Shown here: one piece after another, positions 23,204-33,169 of the stretch
Layout: the number at the start of each line of letters is the position of its first letter
How positions within the stretch are numbered: the stretch's first letter is position 1
Source: Nitrospirota bacterium
Lineage (GTDB): Bacteria; Nitrospirota; UBA9217
Assembly (NCBI GenBank): GCA_963818475.1
Contig: CAWFSF010000005.1
Coordinates: 352,001-416,000 of the forward strand
DNA length: 64,000 bases
Direction of reading: 5' to 3'
Position numbers and translations under genes: made by a program
Notes under the pieces: model-generated
What the model was told of the DNA's origin: nothing
Database searches by the model: none
What the model saw: the letters and a program-made list of their open reading frames with translations, nothing else

Positions 23204-24766
23204 CTATTTGCCCGGTGCCAACTCCTCCGGCGCCTTTTGGGTGAGAATGTGCCAGTTAGGGCGACGCCAGCTTTTTCGGAACTGCTCCAGCGTGGATTCT
23301 ACAGCTCGCATCTCCTTCTCAAAGCCGTCCAGAAAGAGCACAAAATCGGTCTGAGCGTCTCCGCCCCCGTATTGTTCATCGAATTGGCGCACCATACCGT
23401 TCGGGGTACTCACCTTTCTCCCCATTATCTCAGATAGGGGAAATCTTACTCCTTTCATCCCCGGCGCGGGCTCGTAGGTCTTGTACACTAATTCCGAACA
23501 GACCAGGGAAGAGTCGGTCTCGAAGTCAAAGTTGAAGTCATAAGGACGCCCGCTATAGTGAAAGGTCCGCAGGATAGCTGCGGCCTTTTCCTGTTTTGCA
23601 AGTCTAGGCCTGAGCACCCCTATGGAATCGGAGGCACCGGAATGTTCAAGAGAGGTGAATGATACCCCCTCGGAGATCGCCTCCAGAATGCAGGGCGCAT
23701 GCCCGTTCTCCAATGGGGTCGTGCCGGCAGCGTAAGCTTCTGGATAGCGCTGTTTCAGAAGTGTTTCCAGATCGCCGTCGGCGATCCCCTGGCCCTTTAC
23801 CCATGCTATCGTCTCCGGGTCGGAAAAGTAGGTTCGCCGCTCCTCGGGCGTGCCTACATACATGGCCGCATGGGTCCAAAAGCCAGGAAGTCCCATGTTG
23901 GACAGATACCATTCGTGCCGTTCAAAGAGGATATCGCCGGGCTGCAGCCGATTCCGCAATGAGTTGATCTGGTCGCCGGAGACAAGGTGCGTCCCTTTGC
24001 GGTGCACCTTCGTATCCCCCATCCATTGCGAGACGTTCTTTTGCAGGGGAAACCAGGTCGCAAAGCCGGCCTTCTGCACAACGGCCAGGGCATTCTTAAG
24101 GGTCATGATATGGCCTTTTTCCTTGCCCATCTTCCAGATGATCTTGCTGTCTTCGTCAATAGTCGTGCGAAGTTCCTCAGATACATCTTCTGTTGCGAAG
24201 CTCTTGCTAATTACCTGGAGTGCTGAAAATTCAGTTGCGGCAGCGACATTGAGGAAACGGAACTTGAAACGGCTAAAGTTGCCAACGGTGATGCCCAGCT
24301 CAGGGACAGCCTCGTCCAGGATTATATTTAGGGTGCGGTTCTTGTCTGACAGGTCAATGAATTCCAGAGCATACCTGTAGCTAGCCAGGAAAGAGGCGTG
24401 ATTTAGGGCAAAGGAAACGTTACGTCGATATTTGTCCTGGAACAAGTTGAAATCTTGCCACTCACTTCGGACAGTATCCAAGGCGGCCAAGCTAGCCAGC
24501 ACGGAACTCCACGTGTTCCAGATGGCCAACTTATCCTGCCGCGTCAAAAGGTCCTTTTCCCCATTCTTTTTCTGGCTGAAGAGGTCCGGCCGTGAACGGG
24601 CGAAATCGACAGCCCTCTGAAGTCCGGCACGGGCGATTCCAACGGCACGGCCGGCCTCCGTGATGCGGTTCTGAAAATCTGCATCAGTCGAGGCATCGGC
24701 AATGGATGCCATGTTAATACAGATAAGTGCGGCAAAGACTAGCATTGACCTGACAGTATGGTTCAT
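23204..24766 (-). CDS. permuted papain-like NlpC/P60 (YiiX/YebB-like) protein, secreted
   Basis: LQPGDIL, GFWTHAAMYVG, EAISEGV, GRPYDFNFD and LVCSELVY (His precedes Cys). Confidence 0.88.
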   Translation of the reverse strand: MNHTVRSMLVFAALICINMASIADASTDADFQNRITEAGRAVGIARAGLQRAVDFARSRPDLFSQKKNGEKDLLTRQDKLAIWNTWSSVLASLAALDTVRSEWQDFNLFQDKYRRNVSFALNHASFLASYRYALEFIDLSDKNRTLNIILDEAVPELGITVGNFSRFKFRFLNVAAATEFSALQVISKSFATEDVSEELRTTIDEDSKIIWKMGKEKGHIMTLKNALAVVQKAGFATWFPLQKNVSQWMGDTKVHRKGTHLVSGDQINSLRNRLQPGDILFERHEWYLSNMGLPGFWTHAAMYVGTPEERRTYFSDPETIAWVKGQGIADGDLETLLKQRYPEAYAAGTTPLENGHAPCILEAISEGVSFTSLEHSGASDSIGVLRPRLAKQEKAAAILRTFHYSGRPYDFNFDFETDSSLVCSELVYKTYEPAPGMKGVRFPLSEIMGRKVSTPNGMVRQFDEQYGGGDAQTDFVLFLDGFEKEMRAVESTLEQFRKSWRRPNWHILTQKAPEELAPGK

Positions 24767-25055
24767 ACACTCCTCTAAATTGGTTAATTCTCGTTTTAAT
24801 CATTCAACATACAGGTTCCACTGGACAGCATGACAGTTGACCTGTATGAATTCGCTTTGTCCGAATCCCCCCGCAAGCTACATATTACCTTACTTTTACT
24901 TGACCTTTAATTATTAATCCTAAGCCAAAACAATAATAATTTGGCTAATTGTTTGAGACAAAGCGGCTTCTGTAAAGTTTAAGCCAAGAAGACCTGTGAT
25001 ACCCACAATAATACACGTGGCTCACTTGCGACTTCTTCAGATCGGTGATTTTGTC

Positions 25056-25110
25056 GGCTAACGACGCGGTCACTCGCCGCTTTTTGGCGAGTCGATGTGG
25101 ACGCGCTTAC
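25056..25110 (-). other. attC-like site with degenerate R'' box
   Basis: Minus strand cgcgtccacatcgactcgccaaaaagcggcgagtgaccgcgtc-GTTAGCC hairpin directly after a stop codon. Confidence 0.7.
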
Positions 25111-25697
25111 GCTTTCCTTTTTTCCCTTAGAGGCTTTTCCTCGAAATAAGTAGGCGCATTTATCTCGATCCCCATTTTGGGAGCGATCTTGTTTACCAGG
25201 TCCATTGCTCTCGCAAGTGACATCGCGCCAAACTCGCTCCAACCCAGGTACTCGATCCACCCGTCCTTGTATTCAAGCAATATCGCATAGTTGGTTGATT
25301 CATAATCGTTACGACCGACCGTAATACGCGTGAACTGATCAAAACCATCCGACTTGGTCGTGTCCGAGAACAGGGTCTTCTCATGCAGGATTACCAGCCT
25401 TTTGATGAAATCGATTTCAAGGGATCTGCTGGTAGTAAAGCTCCAGATGGCCGAGTAGGTAAAGGCCATAGCCAGTATATAAATAAAAATGCGGATGAAC
25501 AGGGGGACATCTTGCCGATGGGTCATGTGCCACGCGAGAAAGCATAAGAGACCTGCAAAAGGGGTCGTGCCGAATCCCCAAAGCCGTGAGCGGAACAGAA
25601 AGCGCAGGCGGGCATCACTGCTTTCCTTGAGGACCATGACTGGCGGGACAACCCGGATTTTCTTTGTCCATTTCTTGTCCACAGCGCCTTTTGCCAT
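25107..25697 (-). CDS. two-TM hypothetical protein (PH-like C-terminus possible)
   Basis: Two TM helices then a beta-rich domain; adjacent to upstream gene. Confidence 0.65.
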   Translation of the reverse strand: MAKGAVDKKWTKKIRVVPPVMVLKESSDARLRFLFRSRLWGFGTTPFAGLLCFLAWHMTHRQDVPLFIRIFIYILAMAFTYSAIWSFTTSRSLEIDFIKRLVILHEKTLFSDTTKSDGFDQFTRITVGRNDYESTNYAILLEYKDGWIEYLGWSEFGAMSLARAMDLVNKIAPKMGIEINAPTYFEEKPLREKRKA

Positions 25698-25698
25698 G

Positions 25699-26244
25699 CT
25701 ATGCCGTCCTCGCCTTGGAGATGATGTCATAAACGTCCCGGGCATTCTCGATCATTTCGAACTGCGGCGCCGGAGTCTGGCCGAAGGGCAGGTTCTGCAT
25801 CCAGGAGGAGTAAGGATTTTCAGCGCTAAAGGAGATCGTGCCTTTCCGGTTCTCCGCCTCGATCAGCGTGAGGCCTCTTAAGAGGGAAAGGTCCGAAGAT
25901 TGGATTTTCCGGTTGAAGAGCCCCGTGATGATGATCACGCGTTTGTCCGTCACCCCATAGTACGTTGTCTCCCTGATCTTCGCATCCACAATAAAACGGC
26001 CGAACAGCATCATAAGCCCGACCAGCACGAAGGGAATGCCCCAGATGATCATCAGGACCGGGCCTCCTGTCCTGATAACGATTGTTTCCCAGACGATTGC
26101 GAAGCCCGCCCATAAGATGCTGAACGGTATGAGAACAAAGTCAAATTTGCGGAACAGGATGCCTTTCTGGGGACATCCTGCCCAGAGAAGCCTTTCATCA
26201 GAATCCAGTTCACGCTGCACTGCCTGTTCTGTTTCATGGTTCAT
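25699..26244 (-). CDS. membrane protein with bacterial PH domain
   Basis: ERLLWAG.P, two TM helices, T.YGVTDKRVII motif. Confidence 0.8.
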   Translation of the reverse strand: MNHETEQAVQRELDSDERLLWAGCPQKGILFRKFDFVLIPFSILWAGFAIVWETIVIRTGGPVLMIIWGIPFVLVGLMMLFGRFIVDAKIRETTYYGVTDKRVIIITGLFNRKIQSSDLSLLRGLTLIEAENRKGTISFSAENPYSSWMQNLPFGQTPAPQFEMIENARDVYDIISKARTA

Positions 26245-26350
26245 TATCTTAAGGCCTCCGTGCTGAATAGCTGATTATCAACAGCAGCCTTGCCAAAATG
26301 ACGATACCGTTTTGTATTTTAGAATCTTGTGTTTGCTTTATGCTCTTTCC

Positions 26351-26408
26351 TCATAACGCCGCCGTGAGGAGTGAGATTTTCGCGACTCACTCGACGCGCA
26401 GGTTGGCA
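26351..26408 (-). other. attC-like site
   Basis: Minus strand TGCCAAC-ctgcgcgtcgagtgagtcgcgaaaatctcactcctcacggcggc-GTTATGA, 15 nt after a stop codon. Confidence 0.8.
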
Positions 26409-26423
26409 TGGAATGGCAGATGT

Positions 26424-28034
26424 TCAATAACCACTTATCCATTGGCAATTTTTACTGAAATAGTCTTGAATAATGCAATATTCAGAAGTAGGATGTTGAA
26501 GCGGTTGAGAATATAATTCAATATATTTACTTTTACCATCAGCGATCCCTAATCCAACCATGTCACGTTCGAACATAAGGTATTCGACTATAGCGCGTTC
26601 ATCTTGACTCGATCCGTACTGCGTCGCAATTATCTTTGCATTATTTTTATCGATTGGTTGAATGCGAATGTCAGCGGGATGAAAGCTTATATCTTCTACT
26701 CGGATATACTTTCGGTTCTTATCCTGCAAATATAGATGCCATTCGGGCACGGCTGTTCCGAAAGGCCAAATGTTGATCGCAACATCCTGCAACCCATCAT
26801 TATTAAAGTCGGTAATAATTCGCACAATGTGCCCATAATCATCGTCTGCACTTAATTCTCGTACATCTGCAATAAAGTCTTCAAAGGGCTCAGAGATCGT
26901 CCCTTCCGGCAAAGTCCCGTTCTGGGCCTGAAGCTGTCTCAGTTTTTTAATTTTAGCTATGATCTTTGATCGAGATTCGGACGATAGTCTAAAATTGATG
27001 CCCCACTTGTAACGTTGAATTGCGTCTTCAACTTTATCCATTTCAGAATACAGGTCACCCAAAGTAAGGTTAGCCGACCAACGTCGTTCACCATCGGAGG
27101 TAGAATCAATTTTGATGCCAGCCTTTAAATATGCGTCCGCCTTATCGAAATATTCTTTTCCTTTTTTGTAATATGCATAACCCAGGTGATAGCTAATTTC
27201 AGGATTAGCAGACACATTAAGGCCAGGAATTTTTGTAAGTTCAGCAGCCTGTTCCCATAGTGCAATAGCTTTTTGAGACTGCTCTTTACCAAGAAGTGCT
27301 AGAGCAGCAGCGTTCATTTTATATGACTCGGCGAGATCGATCTGCTCATAGGTATGGCCGGTCCACCTGTAATATTGATTAAACTGGCCGAACGCATCCT
27401 TCTTTCCATAAATCGCTATTCCTGGGTATTTATCTTTCACGGGGTAAAAATACGCGGCATAGCCGCCTGGATCAGATATCAAAGACTTGCACTTGTTGTC
27501 TTCTTCTAAATAGACAGTCATTAGACGTTCTTTATTAACAACTCTCTCCATGATAATTAAACGTATTTTGCGGCCATTTTCCCAAAAAGTATATATCAAA
27601 TCGGGTCTAGTATATACTTTATTGCAATCAATATTAAAAGTGGGATTCTCTACCGTTTCTGAATTAGAGGTTGATTGTCTTTTTTTGAGAACTTCAGTTC
27701 GGTTTTTATAAGCGTCTTTTAGGCAGCCAATATTGTTTTTTTCGTTGCTGCAGTGGTCTCGCGCCCTTAGCCAGGAGAGCTGATCTTTTTTTAATTGGGT
27801 CTGTTCGGCAAAAGATAAGTCAGATAAAAGACTCTTATAAATTGACGCCATCACTACATCAGCTTCTGCAAGTTGCCGAACAGTACAAATCGTTTTCTCA
27901 GTTGCAGATGAAGCATGCGCGCAATCAAAACTTGCCTTGAAATTTTCTTTATTTACTGTTTCAGAGAATGCACTTGATATGGTCGCTGTAAAAAGGATTG
28001 AGAGAGCGATAAACATTAATACACAGAGTCTCAT
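26424..28034 (-). CDS. secreted LprI-like (lysozyme inhibitor) domain + TPR protein
   Basis: ASFDC..A.S.TEKTIC...QLSWLRARDHC...CLKDAYKNR; TPR-like helices in the middle. Confidence 0.85.
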   Translation of the reverse strand: MRLCVLMFIALSILFTATISSAFSETVNKENFKASFDCAHASSATEKTICTVRQLAEADVVMASIYKSLLSDLSFAEQTQLKKDQLSWLRARDHCSNEKNNIGCLKDAYKNRTEVLKKRQSTSNSETVENPTFNIDCNKVYTRPDLIYTFWENGRKIRLIIMERVVNKERLMTVYLEEDNKCKSLISDPGGYAAYFYPVKDKYPGIAIYGKKDAFGQFNQYYRWTGHTYEQIDLAESYKMNAAALALLGKEQSQKAIALWEQAAELTKIPGLNVSANPEISYHLGYAYYKKGKEYFDKADAYLKAGIKIDSTSDGERRWSANLTLGDLYSEMDKVEDAIQRYKWGINFRLSSESRSKIIAKIKKLRQLQAQNGTLPEGTISEPFEDFIADVRELSADDDYGHIVRIITDFNNDGLQDVAINIWPFGTAVPEWHLYLQDKNRKYIRVEDISFHPADIRIQPIDKNNAKIIATQYGSSQDERAIVEYLMFERDMVGLGIADGKSKYIELYSQPLQHPTSEYCIIQDYFSKNCQWISGY

Positions 28035-28044
28035 TTTTCTCTCC

Positions 28045-28101
28045 GACTAACGATGAGTTCACACGACGCGAAGCGAATCGGCGTGGAACAACATGTTGGA
28101 A
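28045..28101 (-). other. attC-like site
   Basis: Minus strand TTCCAAC-atgttgttccacgccgattcgcttcgcgtcgtgtgaactcatc-GTTAGTC followed by RBS and ATG. Confidence 0.85.
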
Positions 28102-28130
28102 CACTATGGCCAGGATTTAAAGCACGCGGC

Positions 28131-29054
28131 TTATTGGCAGTCCGCTATGGATTGTCTGGTTAAAGGCCGCAGCGGCATTGTTAGTTCTTTTCGCATCCCT
28201 ATAATCGTGTTGTTTACATATATATCATTGACAGCCCAGTCCGCGACGTCGTTATAGCACGACTCTATTTCCTCCCGGAATTTCTTCGCATCTTCCGCCG
28301 CCCACACCTCGAACTTCGCATCTTTGCTTGAACATGTAAAAATCCTGCAAAATATTTCGGTATTGTCCGTTAGTGAAATGAGTCTGACCTGGACTTCTAG
28401 CTGCACGTAAAGATCGGGCCGCACCTTACCCCAACCTGAGAGCGTTAACTTCCTGACATCGATTTCATTCACCGAACTGATGCCACTCGATTTAAATTGA
28501 CGGTAATCCGGTTTCTCGCCTTCGATTGTAGGTCCAGCTTCATATATGATAGTAAACGGAAATGATTTTAGTTCGGACAATCGAGATACAAACTTCTCAT
28601 GAATATTTTCTTGCATTCGAAGTGTTGCAAGAGCATCCTTGACCTTTACCTCCCGCGCTGTAACAGTTTCCGCAGCGTCAGCAGTAATCGCGCCACCCAC
28701 GCTGCCGACGATGGCGCCTACCGGTGCTAACGCGAGACCGGCAAATGGAAGGAGGAGACAGTAAGGATCACCGCATTCCTGCATGGCTTCAAATGACATT
28801 GCAAATGGTGTAAGAGCACCAACCTTGGCCCCATCTTTAGCCCCTTCTTCAGCGCCTTTCGACGGTGTTTTCACTTCTACACGTGGAACATCTCGTGCTC
28901 CAGTTACGCCGATCAATCCGAGTTTCGTTTTTAATTCGCCAATCTCCTGCGAGTTCATTGTTTCTGGTCTGCGATGCGTCGCACATCCGCTGCTCAATAA
29001 CAAAAACAACGATACGATTATACTGACTTTCCGAATTATTAACGTCTTCTCCAT
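28131..29054 (-). CDS. lipoprotein, hypothetical
   Basis: Lipobox LSSGC; glycine-zipper-like middle segment. Confidence 0.78.
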   Translation of the reverse strand: MEKTLIIRKVSIIVSLFLLLSSGCATHRRPETMNSQEIGELKTKLGLIGVTGARDVPRVEVKTPSKGAEEGAKDGAKVGALTPFAMSFEAMQECGDPYCLLLPFAGLALAPVGAIVGSVGGAITADAAETVTAREVKVKDALATLRMQENIHEKFVSRLSELKSFPFTIIYEAGPTIEGEKPDYRQFKSSGISSVNEIDVRKLTLSGWGKVRPDLYVQLEVQVRLISLTDNTEIFCRIFTCSSKDAKFEVWAAEDAKKFREEIESCYNDVADWAVNDIYVNNTIIGMRKELTMPLRPLTRQSIADCQ

Positions 29055-29069
29055 GATTTCAGCATCTCT

Positions 29070-29392
29070 CTAAAACCAGCGATTTTACCATACTTCACGA
29101 ACCAAAGCTGCTTCTCGGGATTCCACCTTCCTCCTGCAGTTTTGGCTTGCAGGCGAGCCGGCATGTCGTCAGCTTTGATGCGAACAGGCACCAGCGCTTC
29201 CGCATATCGCGGAGGCGGCGGCTTCCAGTCAGTTTTTTCGACGAGCAAGTTCGACCGTCTTCAGCCGCTGCCGTGAGCTCAGCATCATACCTGAAACGAA
29301 CACAGAGCAGAGAGTCGCCGTACTTTTCCGTACTTTTCCGCCAGTCTCTTGGTGCCGCGCTGCCCTGGTTTGAGGATCAGCCGTGTTTTCAT
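29070..29392 (-). pseudogene. disrupted hypothetical gene (MKTRLILKPGQRGTK...GGRWNPEKQLW)
   Basis: Coherent protein pieces in several frames; 10-bp tandem duplication ccgtactttt at about 29318-29337. Confidence 0.55.
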
Positions 29393-29550
29393 CAGAGCCG
29401 CCGTGAACAACATTCCTGTTCATATAATTATGCACGGCACGGTGAACAACTTTAGCATCGTTCCTTGTTTTTCGCAACACAGAACTGAGCGAAAACGATA
29501 CTGACCAATCCCCTGCAGCATCGTAATAACACAGGCATCATCATTGCGAT

Positions 29551-30039
29551 TCATCGATACTTCCTCACCACCGCGGTCACGACCCCGGCGATCTTGAGCT
29601 CCACCTTCGGCCTGATCGGCTGATATTTGGGGTTCGCCGGCAGCAGGACCACGTCCTCTCCCCGCTTCCTCAGGTACTTCATGGTCCACTGGCCGTCAAC
29701 TTCGGCGATCACGATGTCGCCGCTCTTCGCCACCTGCCCCTTGTCCACGATCACCATGTCGCCCGGCATGATGCCGGCGCCGGTCATGGAATCGCCCGAG
29801 ACCTTGATCAGGAAGCTCGCTTCGCGGTTCTGGATCAAGAGGTCGTCGAGGGAGATATTGTCTGCAAGGGATTCTTCGGCAGGGCTCGGGAACCCGGCCT
29901 CGATGGTGCCGAGCATTTGGAGCGGTGCGGCATGCGACAGGGGAATGAGCCTGAATTTCACGTCTTGCTCCAGAACATCGGGATCTATGAGCGTTCCGAT
30001 ACCTGGCAGGAGCTGCTTTTCCTTCTCATGAGTAAGCAT
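29551..30039 (-). CDS. UmuD/LexA-like S24 peptidase without DNA-binding HTH
   Basis: EAGFPSP cleavage site, VSGDSM catalytic Ser, TMKY catalytic Lys; no umuC adjacent. Confidence 0.9.
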   Translation of the reverse strand: MLTHEKEKQLLPGIGTLIDPDVLEQDVKFRLIPLSHAAPLQMLGTIEAGFPSPAEESLADNISLDDLLIQNREASFLIKVSGDSMTGAGIMPGDMVIVDKGQVAKSGDIVIAEVDGQWTMKYLRKRGEDVVLLPANPKYQPIRPKVELKIAGVVTAVVRKYR

Positions 30040-30045
30040 GCCCCC

Positions 30046-30074
30046 AGTATAGGTGAACATATGTTCACTGTCAA
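30046..30074 (-). promoter_or_regulatory. sigma70 promoter with palindromic operator (candidate SOS box) in the spacer
   Basis: TTGACA-N17-TATACT; spacer holds the perfect palindrome GTGAACATATGTTCAC (30053-30068). Confidence 0.85.
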
Positions 30075-30403
30075 GGCGGATTAAAGGACCAGGTATGTTT
30101 CTCGCAATGGTCTCAGACCACGATGAGCTCGCAAAGGGAACCTTGAACCAAAAGATTGGGTTCTTTCGCATGCTAGTTAATGAAGCAGATTTTAGAAAAA
30201 CCTTTCAGGAGAAATGGAGAAGGATGGTGAAATGGGGGATTAACTCTTATTAAAAGGCTGTTACCCCTTTTCTCCCACTTCCCCCTTTCTCCTCTTAAGG
30301 TTCTTGATCTAAATTTCGATTTTCATGTGGTTTAAGCTTTTCTTGGCGACCTTTCCGAGCTTGGCGAGAGACGCCTCAGGGTTTTGGTTTGTCCGGGTTA
30401 GTC

Positions 30404-31204
30404 TCACCCGATCTGAAAGCAGCGCATCGAGATCGATCCGTGCTGAAACCCCTCATGGATGAACGTGATCGGCTCGCCCTTTTCCTGGAGCGCGATGGCG
30501 TAGATCATCGGCAGATAGTGGTCCAGCGTCGGCACTGCCAGAGCAGCGGCTTTTCCATTGCCCAGGTACTGGATGAGGCCGCGATGCTCTCCGCGAAGCA
30601 AATGCTGTTTGACCTGCTCATCGAACTCCTGCGCCCACGCATAGGGCGCCGCATCGATGTTCTCGAAATCAATATGCCTGAGATTATGCACGATGTTGCC
30701 GCTCCCGATGATCAAGACGCCCCGGTCCCGCAATCTCGCCCAGCTCGGCAGCCAGATCGTAATGATACTGCAGCGGTTTCGGATGCCAGTCATTGAATGA
30801 ATAATCGAGGCTCATCTCGAAGACCGGGATATCGGCGTCAGGATAGATATGTTTGAGGATCGCCCAGGACGCATGGTCCAGCCCCCAGTTGCGGTCGCAG
30901 CCCACCTTCGCTTTGTGCACAACGCTCGGTCGCAAATTCCGCTTCAGCAGGAGAGCCCGGACTCGGATAGGTCTCTTCGTAGAGCTCTTCGGGGAATCCG
31001 TAAAAATCATAGATCATGCGAGGCTTGTCAGCGCAGGTGACGAAGGTGCCGTTCGTGAGCCAGTGAGCGGAGACGACCATGATCGCTTTGGGTTTCGGCA
31101 GGCTGCTTCCCGAGTGCGGCAAGACTTCGCGTGAAGGTATTATCCAGCACGATATTCATCGGCGACCCGTGACCGATGAAGAGGACTGGCATTTTCATGG
31201 TCAT
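30404..31204 (-). CDS. DODA/LigB-type extradiol dioxygenase (YgiD-like), frameshifted
   Basis: LFIGHGSPMN, VSAHWLT, WGLDHASW, IIGSGNIVHNL, PTLDHYLP. Confidence 0.9.
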
Positions 31205-31294
31205 AATTTCTCCTTTTTACTTTCTGGTCTTATGACTTTTGTATGGTCGTTAAATTGTCTATGGGTTTATTTATACCATACAGTGGCTTTACTC

Positions 31295-31710
31295 CTTGTC
31301 ACCTTTCTTGCGTGCCCAAGAAAGGTGACCCAAAGAAGGGCACCCGGCGAAAATTCTTTACGCCATGCTCGGTCGTCCTCGGTACATTTCGGAAACTCGC
31401 CCTTCGGGCTCAGACAGTCCGAAATGCTTCACCCTCGGACTCGGTCGCCTGGCTAAATTTTCGCATGGGAACCAAACAACAAGCTCCGCTTCTAATCCTT
31501 ACCCAACCCCGCACGTCCCCGGAGCGGACCTATGAGATTTTTGGGCACCAGTCTTGGCCTAAGGAAGCGTCCCGCAGGGCGAACGCGCACTGTCTGAGGC
31601 CGACCTGTCCCGACAAAGTCGGGGAGGCCGAGTTTGCGCGGTCGAGCGGACGTGGCCTTAGACGGGTCAAAAATTTCATTAAGGACGCGAAGGGGATGTG
31701 CAAAAAAAAC
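31295..31710 (-). repeat. composite structured repeat (R1+R2), full copy
   Basis: Reverse complement of 36677-37088 over most of its length. Confidence 0.92.
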
Positions 31711-31776
31711 ATACCTCATTCTTTTTAGGATGCAACCAGAATAAAAACGGTAACATCAGGCCCGGAAGACCCGTAT

Positions 31777-32977
31777 TTACCGTATCCGCACTCTGCCGCC
31801 GTCATGCACGGCGTCATCAGGGTGGGTGATGACGACCTGTCCTTCAGTAAGTCCCGGACCGGATCTCCGCGACCAAGCCATTGCGCTGGCCGACCTCAAC
31901 ACTGCGCTGACGGGCGGTCTTCTGTTCGACCGTGAATACCGCCCAGCCTTCACCTTTCCGGAACAGGGCGCTTGCCGGGACCTGAAGTACGTCAGCTCCC
32001 TCCCAGACAATAAAGATCGCGTCAAGCCGGTATCCGTCCCCGAGCCCCTGCCATCCCTCTGCAGGCGAGGTGAGGTCGGCGATCACGAGGACCCGCTGCT
32101 CCTCCACGCCGAGGCTCGAAACCTTCGTGAACCCGGCAGGCTCCACGACCCGCACGTTCCCGCTAAGGGGCTTGTCGCCGCCCCAGCGCTCGAAAAGCAC
32201 CGGCGTTCCCTTTCTGAGCTTCACCGCATCGGCTGAGAGGACCTCGATCTTGACCTCAAGGCTGCGCGGATCTCCCACATCAAGGAGCGGATCGCCTGCG
32301 TTCACCACGCCCTCGCTCTCGCGGTGAAGCTTGAGGACCCTTCCGCCCACAGGGGCCCTGACCATGACGGCCTTTTCTCCCGTGGCACTCTGTTCTGCTG
32401 CAGAAAACCGGAGCGCGCTTTGCGCCCGCTCCAGGTCCGCCCTGGCAGCGGTCACGGCAGCTTCAGAAGAGAGGCGGTTCGCTTCCGCTTTTTTGCTCTC
32501 TGCCATAGCTTGATCCAGTTCGTCCTGCGCTATATAGCCGCCGGTGGCCAGTTTTTTCATGCGCATTTCGCGCTCGCGGGCGTAGTCCGCGTCGGCTGAA
32601 GCGGCCCGTGCTTTTTCTTTTGCCGCATCAAGCGCTGCCTCTGCAGCCGCGATCGCCGAACCCGCCTCTGCCCTGCTCCGGGGATCAAGGACTGTGGAGC
32701 GGAGCGGTTCAAGCATGGCGACCAGCTGCCCCTTGCGCACGACATCGCCTGCATGCAGGTCGATGCGCTTCAGGTACCCGGCCACGGGCGAGGAAACGAC
32801 GAACCGGTCCTTCACCCGCGTCCGTCCCTCTTCCTCCACCGTAACGCGGAGCGGCCCGCGTTTCGCCGTCACGACCTCGACAGGAACCGGCTTGGGCATA
32901 AATCCGTAGACCAGGCCGAGCACGACGACTGCCGCGACGGTGATGACCAAAACCCTTCTTCTTATCTCCGCTTTCAT
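31777..32977 (-). CDS. HlyD/RND periplasmic adaptor subunit, frameshift near 3' end
   Basis: N-terminal TM, VSSPVAG lipoyl half, coiled coil, KVSSLGVEEQRV, VPASALF. Confidence 0.92.
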
Positions 32978-33016
32978 GATCACCTCTGAGTCACCGTGTC
33001 AAACGCAGTCTTTTTT

Positions 33017-33127
33017 GCCGCGAATTAACACGAATTTTCACGAATGACTGCCTAAAAGAACCTGATTTTAGCTTTTGAATTATGTTTGTCTGTTTTACCT
33101 TCGCGTCCATTCGCGTACATTCGCGGC
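33017..33127. repeat. palindromic intergenic repeat
   Basis: gccgcgaattaacacgaattttcacgaat...ttcgcgtccattcgcgtacattcgcggc. Confidence 0.75.
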
Positions 33128-33169
33128 TGATTCGCTTCGAATTTTCCCATTCCGCAATCCGCAATCAAA

